Positions 37,286 to 45,312 of a DNA stretch of 64,000 nt are shown piece by piece. Each line of letters opens with the position of its first letter. Position 1 is the first letter of the stretch. The stretch lies in contig JBCCWC010000002.1 of NCBI GenBank assembly GCA_039194325.1, forward strand, positions 64,001 through 128,000, given 5' to 3'. Both the position numbers and the translations under genes were made by a program. The DNA is from Myxococcota bacterium (GTDB lineage Bacteria; Myxococcota_A; Polyangia; Nannocystales; Nannocystaceae). Under the pieces are notes generated by a model that saw only the letters and a list, made by a program, of their open reading frames with translations, had not been told where the DNA came from and did not search any database.

Positions 37286-39514
37286 ATGTCCGGTTCTCGC
37301 TCTCCGCCCGGTCCTGGTCCTCGTCTTGGTAGGGCGGCGCGGTGCGCCCTCGGGTTGGCCATGGTGGTCTCCGCAGGGTGCGGCGAGTCGTCGTTGGAAC
37401 CCGAGCCCGGCGTCTGTCCGGTCGTAATCTGGGGGATTCCTCGCCGTGCCGACGAGCGCCTTACGGTGCTCGGCAGCTGGGACGACTGGACGCGGCCCGA
37501 GCCCATGCGTGCCTGGTCCGAGGAGGGGGGAGCTGAGGGAGGGTCCGAGGGAGGGTCCGGAGACGACTGGCAGGTGGCGCAGCTGATGCTGCCCCCCGGG
37601 GTTCATGGCTACCTGGTGGTCGAGGAGGGCCAGGGACGGATCGATCCTCACAACCCGCTGACGAGCTTTCGGGCCAGCGACGGGCTGGAGATCTCCCACT
37701 TGCCCGTGCCCGATTGCCAACAGCCGCAGCTTTCGGTCGTTGCGGTGGAGCATGATGCGCCCGATGGCTTCTCGATCGAGCTGGGCTTTGACGCCGCGCT
37801 CGACGGCGCCGCGCTCGACCCTGCCTCCGTCCGGGCCCAGCTCGACGACGGCACCGCTCTGTCGATCGACGCGCTCGACGTCGAGCGTGGCACGGCCCGG
37901 CTGCGGGTGCGCGGCCAGGCTTCCGGCAAGCACCGCGTGCAGGCGTGGGCCCACGACACGGCCGGTCGACCAACCTCGCCCGCATCCGGTGTGGGGTGGG
38001 TCGGTGCCGTCGCGCCGCAGTGGGACGACGGGATCGTCTACCAGATCATGATCGACCGCTATCGCGGGGACGGAGGTGCTGCGCTCGAGCCTCCCGTCCA
38101 CGCGGGTGCTCGGGCGGGCGGTACCCTCGATGGTGTGCTCGCCGAGCTACGGGCTGGCACCTTCGATGCGCTGGCCGTCTCGGCCCTGTGGCTGTCTCCG
38201 GTCTACCTCAACCCCGACGAGGCCCGCCCCGGCCGCGACGACGATCGTCTCTATGAGGGCTACCACGGCTACTGGCCCCTCGATACGCGGGCGGTCGACC
38301 CTCGCCTGGGCGGGGAGCCGGCCCTGCGGGCCCTGCTCGACGAGGCCCACGCCCGCGGGATCCGGGTGCTGCTCGACCTGGTCCCCAATCACCTCTACGA
38401 GGACAACCCCCGGGTGGCGCAGTACCGGGCCGAGGGGTGGTTCCACGAGCACGATCCTCCCTGCATCTGCGGCTCGCCCACCTGCTCGTGGGCGGAGTTC
38501 ATCCAGGTCTGCTGGTTTACCCCCTACCTGCCCGATCTGAGGTTCCAGAACCCCGACGTGCTGGATCTCGCGGTCGAGGATGCGATCTGGTGGTTCGAGT
38601 CCTTCGACATCGACGGCTTTCGGATCGATGCCGTGCCGATGATGCCGCGCGCCGTCACCCGCCGGCTCGCCCACGCCCTGCGGCAGCGTACCGGGCCCCG
38701 GTCGGCCGCGTTCACCATGGGCGAGATCTTCACCGGCCCCGGGGCGGGGGGCACCGAGATCATCCGCTACTACCTGGGCCCCGACGGGATCGACAGCGCG
38801 TTCGACTTCCCGCTGATGTGGGCCCTGCGCGACGCCCTCGCCCATGAGTCGGCCGGCATGAGCGTGGTGGAGAGCAGCCTCGCCAATACCGAGCGAGCGT
38901 TGGAGGGCTCGGGGGCGCTCCTCGCCACCATGATCGGCAACCACGACGTGACCCGCTTCGCCTCCGAGGCCGACGGGGACGCGGGGACCGATCCCTGGGA
39001 CGATCCACCTCCGGCCTCGGTGTCCGAGCTGGCCCACGCTCGCACCGCGCTGGCGCTGGGCCTGGTGCTCACCCTGCCCGGGTTGCCGGTGATCTACTAC
39101 GGAGACGAGCTCGGGCTCGCTGGCGGGGCCGATCCCGACAACCGTCGCGTCATGCCGGGACCCGCCGCCGTGTCGACCGCCCAGCAGCAGGCTCGTCAGT
39201 GGGTGCAGCGGGTGGCGCAAGTGCGGCGGTGCGTCCCCGCGCTGCGCCGCGGGGGCCGCCAGGCCGTGGTGGTGGAGCGCGATCGCTACGCCTTTCTCCG
39301 CGACGCACAGGACGGCGCGCCCGCGGTGGTGGTGTTGCTGCGCGACGCAGCGCCGGCCGACGTCGATCTGCCGCCCGGCTCGACCCCGGTGCCGGGGTGG
39401 TATAAGGACGCCCTGACCGGACAACGCTTCGAGCTACGCCCCGACGGGGGGCGGATCCCGATGGAGCCTCGTTCCTTGCGGGTACTCGTGCCTGAAGACC
39501 TCCCTTGCGGTTGA
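37286..39514 (+). CDS. GH13 alpha-amylase family lipoprotein with N-terminal CBM48/Ig-like region
   Basis: SAGC lipobox; LGSWDDW...LPPGVHGY; YHGYW, FRIDAV, GEIF, GNHD; start approximate. Confidence 0.9.
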   Translation: MSGSRSPPGPGPRLGRAARCALGLAMVVSAGCGESSLEPEPGVCPVVIWGIPRRADERLTVLGSWDDWTRPEPMRAWSEEGGAEGGSEGGSGDDWQVAQLMLPPGVHGYLVVEEGQGRIDPHNPLTSFRASDGLEISHLPVPDCQQPQLSVVAVEHDAPDGFSIELGFDAALDGAALDPASVRAQLDDGTALSIDALDVERGTARLRVRGQASGKHRVQAWAHDTAGRPTSPASGVGWVGAVAPQWDDGIVYQIMIDRYRGDGGAALEPPVHAGARAGGTLDGVLAELRAGTFDALAVSALWLSPVYLNPDEARPGRDDDRLYEGYHGYWPLDTRAVDPRLGGEPALRALLDEAHARGIRVLLDLVPNHLYEDNPRVAQYRAEGWFHEHDPPCICGSPTCSWAEFIQVCWFTPYLPDLRFQNPDVLDLAVEDAIWWFESFDIDGFRIDAVPMMPRAVTRRLAHALRQRTGPRSAAFTMGEIFTGPGAGGTEIIRYYLGPDGIDSAFDFPLMWALRDALAHESAGMSVVESSLANTERALEGSGALLATMIGNHDVTRFASEADGDAGTDPWDDPPPASVSELAHARTALALGLVLTLPGLPVIYYGDELGLAGGADPDNRRVMPGPAAVSTAQQQARQWVQRVAQVRRCVPALRRGGRQAVVVERDRYAFLRDAQDGAPAVVVLLRDAAPADVDLPPGSTPVPGWYKDALTGQRFELRPDGGRIPMEPRSLRVLVPEDLPCG

Positions 39515-39522
39515 GATCACCC

Positions 39523-41331
39523 ATGCCACGCGCATCATCCTTCGAGTTCGTGTCTCGCTTTTGGCCCCGGCTGGGTCTAGTGCCGGGTCTTGCGCTGGGC
39601 CTTGTGCTCCCTGCGTGCGGCACCGACGGCCTGGAGTCGGTCACGAGCCTCGACCCCCCCGAGGACTCTTATGATCCCTCCAACGGGATCCCGGAGGTGA
39701 GCGGCACCGGCACCGGCACCGGCACCGGTGGCTCCGGCAACGACACCAGCGGTGACGACGGCCCCCCACCGCTGCCGCCGTCCGAGGGGGCCTGGGACTG
39801 GCGCGACGCGATCATCTACTTCGTGTTCGTCGATCGCTTCGAAAACGGCGACCTCAGCAACGACGGGCAGATCGGCGGCCCCGTGCAGGAGATCGCCGAC
39901 TGGTACGGCGGCGACTGGCAGGGCGTGATCGACCGGATCGACGAGGGCTACTTCAACGAGCTGGGCATCAACACCCTGTGGATCACCGTGCCCATGGACA
40001 ACACCAGCGCCGCTGGCCTGGGCGTGGGCGATCCGTACATGTACTCCGCCTATCACGGCTACTGGCCCTCGGATCTCGAGGACACCGAGGAGCACTTTGG
40101 CACCCTCGAGCTGCTGCAGCAGCTGGTCACCGTGGCCCACGACCACGACCTCAAGGTGATCTTCGACTACGCGATGAACCACGTACACTCCGACTCCCCC
40201 GCCTACCAGGACAACCCGGGGTGGTTTTGGCCCAACGACAACGGCATGGGCGGCAATTGTGTGTGTGGTTCCGGGTGTTCGTGGGACGGCGCCGAAGGTC
40301 GGCGCTGCTGGTTCACCGACTACCTGCCCGACTTCGACTTCACCAATCCCGACGCGCGGGCCTTCTCGATCGACAACGCGGTGTGGTGGGCCCAGCAGAC
40401 CGGCGTCGACGGCTTTCGGCTCGACGCGGTCAAGCACATCGAGGACGTATGGCTGACCGATCTGCGCACCCGGGCACGTGACGAGCTCGACCGGTACGAC
40501 GACGACGGCGAGCTTACCCAGCGCTTTTACATGGTCGGCGAGACCTTCACCGGCAACCAGGGGGAGATCGCCCAGTACGTCAGCGAGGGCATGCTCGACG
40601 GGCAGTTCGACTTTCCCCTGCGCACCGAGATCGTCGACAAGGTGCTGATGCGCCAGGGCTCCATGAGCGATCTGGCCGGCTTCATGGACGACAACGACAC
40701 GTTCTACTGGTCGGGCGCGGTCATGAGCACCTTCATCGGCAACCACGACCTGCCGCGGGTGGTGCACTACGCCGAGGATGCCCCGCGCTCGGGCACCGAC
40801 CCCTGGTGGAACGACAAGGAGCTCGGCTGGAACAACCCGCCGCCGGTGCCGGGGGGAACCTCGGCCTTCGAGCGGCTGGTGGTGGGCTTTGGCATCGTGC
40901 TGACCACCCCGGGGGCGCCGCTCATCTACTACGGGGACGAGATCGGCATGGCCGGGGCCGGCGATCCCGACAACCGGCGCCCCATGGACTGGAACACCGG
41001 GGGCTACACCGCCGGGCAGCAGCTGGTGCTCGACTCGCTCAAGGCGCTCAACACGATCCGCGCTGGGCACCCGGCCATGCGCTACGGCAGCCGGACCACG
41101 CTCTTTTCCGACTTTGACACCATGAGCTACGCCATGGAGCTCGCGGTGGGGGATCCCGAGCTCGACGAGGTGGTCTACGTGGCGATCAACCGGGCCGACG
41201 GGGATGCCGACGTGGGCGGGCTTCCCGACGGCGGCTACCTCGACGAGCTGAGCGGCGAGCAGGTGACCGTGATGAGGGGATCGGTAGGCGTGCCGGCTCG
41301 CGGGCTGCGGGTGCTCGTCCCGCAGGGGTAG
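39523..41331 (+). CDS. GH13 alpha-amylase family lipoprotein
   Basis: LPAC lipobox; YHGYW, FRLDAVKH, GETF, GNHD, YYGDEIG. Confidence 0.92.
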   Translation: MPRASSFEFVSRFWPRLGLVPGLALGLVLPACGTDGLESVTSLDPPEDSYDPSNGIPEVSGTGTGTGTGGSGNDTSGDDGPPPLPPSEGAWDWRDAIIYFVFVDRFENGDLSNDGQIGGPVQEIADWYGGDWQGVIDRIDEGYFNELGINTLWITVPMDNTSAAGLGVGDPYMYSAYHGYWPSDLEDTEEHFGTLELLQQLVTVAHDHDLKVIFDYAMNHVHSDSPAYQDNPGWFWPNDNGMGGNCVCGSGCSWDGAEGRRCWFTDYLPDFDFTNPDARAFSIDNAVWWAQQTGVDGFRLDAVKHIEDVWLTDLRTRARDELDRYDDDGELTQRFYMVGETFTGNQGEIAQYVSEGMLDGQFDFPLRTEIVDKVLMRQGSMSDLAGFMDDNDTFYWSGAVMSTFIGNHDLPRVVHYAEDAPRSGTDPWWNDKELGWNNPPPVPGGTSAFERLVVGFGIVLTTPGAPLIYYGDEIGMAGAGDPDNRRPMDWNTGGYTAGQQLVLDSLKALNTIRAGHPAMRYGSRTTLFSDFDTMSYAMELAVGDPELDEVVYVAINRADGDADVGGLPDGGYLDELSGEQVTVMRGSVGVPARGLRVLVPQG

Positions 41332-41462
41332 CCGAGCGCCGCGAGCGGGGTCTTCGGCCTTCGGCCGACCGGTACTCTGCGCGGGATCGCCCGCCGAAAA
41401 AAAGATCGAAGAAATCGACATTTCTTCGTCAGGGTTCGATCGCGGAAACCTTACCCGTCAGT

Positions 41463-42332
41463 GTGGAACCCATACTGTTCGACCCAACCCCCTACCAAAA
41501 CGTCCCTCGGCTCACCACCGAAGGGACCTTGGCCCTAGCCCTCGCGCTTGTTCGCGCGGCGCCCGAGCCGGTTCCGGAGCCTATCGAGCGCCACGCCGAG
41601 CGGCTCCGGGATCGAGCTCATGAAACGGAGGATGCATTGACCATTCGCCACCGAGAGTCCGTTCCGGTGGATCTCTCGGACGAATTCGGGCTCGACGTCA
41701 TCACCGACGTGATGTGGGGCGCGTTTCGCGACTGGCTGCGAAGCTGGAGCGCCTTCGAGCGAGTCGAGTTCGCGCTCATCACGGACGGGGCGCGCCCAAA
41801 GACCGCGAAGATCCTCGCCGCGGGGCAAGACAAGGCCCGGCGGGCTCGCGAGCTGCACGATCAGCTGTTTGGCACCGATGGCCTGGCGTTCACGCAGCGG
41901 TCGTACCCCGAGCAGGCGCAAAGCATGGCCAGCCTCTTGCGGCTCATCGACGAGGATGAGCTCGGGCCATCCATCGAAGAGCTCGTCGGGCCCGAGATCT
42001 TGGTAGCGCTACGCCGCTGCCAGACCCTCTACGAGGCGATGGTCGATGCGCGAATGACCCGTGACGATGCGTCCTCCGTCGATCTCTCGGCGCTTCGCGT
42101 GTCTCTCATCCGTGCGATCGCCCGCTACACGAGCGCCGTGATCTCTTTGGTCGACGAGGACGATCCCGACTCGCTTGAGATGGTTCGCCATGCTTTGCGG
42201 CCTATCGAGGTTACGCGTGCGCGGCAGGCACGCGCTCGCACGAGAGCCTCGGTTCAGGAGGAAGAACTTGCCCTGGACGAGGGAGTGGAGATGCTACCGC
42301 AGCAGCCGGAGGCACCGGTCGCCGCGGAGTGA
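41463..42332 (+). CDS. Hypothetical predicted all-helical protein
   Basis: 289 aa ORF with protein-like composition, followed by a terminator-like hairpin. Confidence 0.75.
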   Translation: MEPILFDPTPYQNVPRLTTEGTLALALALVRAAPEPVPEPIERHAERLRDRAHETEDALTIRHRESVPVDLSDEFGLDVITDVMWGAFRDWLRSWSAFERVEFALITDGARPKTAKILAAGQDKARRARELHDQLFGTDGLAFTQRSYPEQAQSMASLLRLIDEDELGPSIEELVGPEILVALRRCQTLYEAMVDARMTRDDASSVDLSALRVSLIRAIARYTSAVISLVDEDDPDSLEMVRHALRPIEVTRARQARARTRASVQEEELALDEGVEMLPQQPEAPVAAE

Positions 42333-42359
42333 AGTCACCTCGTCATTTTCATCTCTGGT

Positions 42360-42404
42360 TCCCCGCCGTATCCCGACGTGAGGACGGAGCGGCGGGGAGT
42401 TTTT
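42360..42404 (+). terminator. Rho-independent terminator candidate
   Basis: TCCCCGCCG...CGGCGGGGA then GTTTTT, 28 nt after stop. Confidence 0.6.
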
Positions 42405-42515
42405 CGACCCCCTGCGGTCTACGAGATGTAGCTCGCCGGGGGTCGACCCGTATGGAGCGGGTCCACTCGAACTCGTTGCCGAGCGACGTGGGACCCGCAG
42501 GTGGCCGAGCACGTG

Positions 42516-42860
42516 CTAGCGACGGGCCCTGGTTTTGCCCAGCAGTAGCTCGTGGATGTCTCCTTTAGTCTGAAAGCTGGCGAGCAGTAGATAGCTCGAC
42601 AAGAAGAGCATGCCTCCGATGGGGACCAATATGCCCAGCGCGATCCCGGCCGGCGAGAAGTGATGCCGCCAGGCGACCCACAGCCCACCCAGGAGCAGGA
42701 AGGTCGTGAAATCCAGGTTGAACTGGCCGGGCCAGCTCATCGACGCCAGGTCGCTGAAGAAGACCTCGAATAGACCAAAACCATGATTGATGCCGACCAC
42801 GACCGTGTAGCCGAGGACGCTGGCGAAGAACACGAACAGGATGACTCGAAACGCGGACAT
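42516..42860 (-). CDS. Small multi-TM membrane protein
   Basis: AAAGGA RBS; hydrophobic helices; WPGQFNLDF...LWVAWR. Confidence 0.8.
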   Translation of the reverse strand: MSAFRVILFVFFASVLGYTVVVGINHGFGLFEVFFSDLASMSWPGQFNLDFTTFLLLGGLWVAWRHHFSPAGIALGILVPIGGMLFLSSYLLLASFQTKGDIHELLLGKTRARR

Positions 42861-43134
42861 GGTTGTTTTCCTTTCAGGGCGATGACTTGGGCGGTTACCT
42901 GTCGAGCTTCGTTCGCCCACGGCTGGTCGGGCCATCGAAACTCGGTGGCCGAGCGTCCGTTGGAGCCGGGCGGTGAGCCCGAGCTTTGCCTCGCAACAGC
43001 TCGTGGGTGTTGTCGCTTGGCGACGAACTCATGAGCAGCGTGACGTTGGCGATGTCTGCGCGCCATGACCTGCGAGGTCATGAAGAGCGGAACAAGTGCG
43101 TAATGCGCATTTTCTGAGTCGTCGGGGTCTAGCC

Positions 43135-43365
43135 GTCGACTCCTCGAAGGGCCAAAGATTGGGGGCCCCAGGGGTGGTCGACCTCTCGGAGGGCCAAAGA
43201 TTGGGGAGCCAGGAGGTGGGTGACCTCTCGGAGGGCCAAAGATTGGGGAGCCAGGGAGGTGGGTGACCTCTCGGAGGGCCAAAGATTGGGGAGCCGGGCG
43301 GTGGGTGACCTCTCGGAGGGCCAAAGAGTGGGGAGCCAGGGGGTGGTCGACCCCCCCGTGGTCTA
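43135..43365. repeat. Five 42-bp tandem repeats plus a degenerate sixth, no unique spacers
   Basis: Consensus G(G/T)(T/C)GACCTCTCGGAGGGCCAAAGATTGGGGAGCCAGG(A/G)GGTG; units start at 43135, 43177, 43219 (43 bp), 43262, 43304. Confidence 0.95.
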
Positions 43366-43644
43366 ATTTCGCGCCCCCGCGGGCAGCTTGCCCCCGCTCC
43401 CCGCGCGTCCGCTCTGCGTTCCTTCGCCCAGCGCACCACGTTCGGCGAGCCAGCGGCGGGCTTGCTCAGCCGGATCGCGCATTTGCGCGCATGGTCATGA
43501 TCGCACCGGTTCTTTGTCGAAGACTCGTCAACGTCCTGTCGTGTCGCGGCAGACTCCCTCGATACTATTGTTCGACCAATGACCTATCCCGTGCTTCGAC
43601 CCCGCTCGTGTCCGATCACCTTCACCGGCGCGACATCCCGCGAC

Positions 43645-45309
43645 ATGCGTCGTGCTGCGGCTCGAATTGCCTCTTTGGCCCTGTTCTCGCTGCCGCTGGC
43701 CGCCTGTTGGGACGGCATTGGAGGAGCCGGGGAGTCCGGCTCGACGACGGGGACCCAGGCCGGGACCCAGGCCGGGACCCAGGCCGGGACCAGCATGAGC
43801 GCGTCGAGTCCGTCGACGACGCAAGGTGAGGTCGACAGCACCAGCCTGGATGACGGGCCCCCGCCCGACCTGCCCGACCCGCCAGAGCCCGTTAGCACGG
43901 TTGGCGAGCTGCTCGTCCCGTTCGACGTGAACCTACAAGATCAAGCGGGCCCGGGCTCATGGAACACCAATTATGGCAAGACCCCTGAGATCATCGCGGT
44001 GCCTCACGGCAGCGCGCTTTATGTCTGGGCCCAAAACTACGACACCGACGACGCCCAGCGCGCGGTGCTGCTGCGCCTCGAGCCCTCGCTCGATGACTAC
44101 GTCGTCACGGCCTATAACGAGCCGCCCTTTTTGGATCGCATCATGGGCCTCGCCCATGATGGAGGCGATCGGATCTACGTCGCCTCGGGCATCATCGAAG
44201 ATCTGCACCAGCCGCTCACCGTCGACTATCCGGCCCCCGGCGAATACCGCAGCAACATCGTGAACGTCGTCGACACCGACTGGGACGGTAACGTCGCGTG
44301 GACCGCCGATCTCGACCTCGCACGCCAGGCCTTCGATGAGCCGGAGCTGCTCATCAACCCGATGGTCGCGGCCAGCTCGCGGATGGCGTACGGCGCCGGC
44401 ACGATCGCGCTGGCGCACGGCATCAACACCGACCCAGACGGCAACGGGGTGCGGCATCAAAAGGCCATCACCACGCATGTCTCCGCGTCCGACGGGTCGG
44501 TGACCCGCTCGGCGAGCATATGGGTGAGCCACAGCTTCGATCAGCGGATGCTCTTCGACGGCCAGCGTTTCATCGAGATGCACCACGGAGACGCCTACCC
44601 GCGCCACGTGGCCTTTGCCGGGATCGAGGCCGGTGGGGGCGGCGGCACCGGCGAGTACCCCCTGTTCCACATCAAGGGCCCTGTCGGCGACAACGTCACC
44701 CGCACGCAGGTAGGCGACGTCGCCCTCGTCGAGGGCGACCCCGAGTACGGCTATCTGGCGGTCTTCATCAGCGAGCGCAGCGGCGGCACCACCAACATCA
44801 TTCCCCAGCAAGATCGCATCGCCGGTACGCGCGAGGTGGGCATGGTGCGCGTGCTCCGGGATTTCGAGATCGACGGTGGCAACGAGCTCGCCCACCTCGA
44901 TCCCAGCCTGCCCCACACGCTCGATGTCCAGAGCTCGGGGCAAGCCCGCACGAATCGGCTGCGCTGGCTGACCGACTACGATTCCGCTCCGGGTGGCCCG
45001 GCCAGTCTAGTGGCCGAGCGAGCCAAGCTGGTGGCGATCGGGGACGACCAGTACATCGTGATGTGGGAGCAGCACGAGCTCGACAAGAGCGGCTATGTCT
45101 TCGCCGGCAGCTGGGGCGTGACCATCGATGCGCACGGGGATGCGGTGGCCGGTCCCGCTCAGGTCTCGGACTCGCGCTTGCCTCGGGGCGACGACGCCTT
45201 TGCGCTCGAAGACGGGGCCGCGTTCCTGACCGGCGACAGCAAGGCCAGGGCGCTGCACCTGCACCTCATCGACGACCAACTCCAGGAGCGGATCGTCGTC
45301 ATCGAGTAG
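43645..45309 (+). CDS. Lipoprotein of unknown function, beta-rich (possible propeller)
   Basis: LAAC lipobox; GTQA x3 linker (12-bp repeat 43750-43791); SHSFDQR, HGDAYPR motifs. Confidence 0.8.
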   Translation: MRRAAARIASLALFSLPLAACWDGIGGAGESGSTTGTQAGTQAGTQAGTSMSASSPSTTQGEVDSTSLDDGPPPDLPDPPEPVSTVGELLVPFDVNLQDQAGPGSWNTNYGKTPEIIAVPHGSALYVWAQNYDTDDAQRAVLLRLEPSLDDYVVTAYNEPPFLDRIMGLAHDGGDRIYVASGIIEDLHQPLTVDYPAPGEYRSNIVNVVDTDWDGNVAWTADLDLARQAFDEPELLINPMVAASSRMAYGAGTIALAHGINTDPDGNGVRHQKAITTHVSASDGSVTRSASIWVSHSFDQRMLFDGQRFIEMHHGDAYPRHVAFAGIEAGGGGGTGEYPLFHIKGPVGDNVTRTQVGDVALVEGDPEYGYLAVFISERSGGTTNIIPQQDRIAGTREVGMVRVLRDFEIDGGNELAHLDPSLPHTLDVQSSGQARTNRLRWLTDYDSAPGGPASLVAERAKLVAIGDDQYIVMWEQHELDKSGYVFAGSWGVTIDAHGDAVAGPAQVSDSRLPRGDDAFALEDGAAFLTGDSKARALHLHLIDDQLQERIVVIE

Positions 45310-45312
45310 CAG

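Noticed and set aside
43135..43365. CRISPR array
   Set aside because: Units are contiguous near-identical repeats with no unique spacers, and no cas genes are in the window
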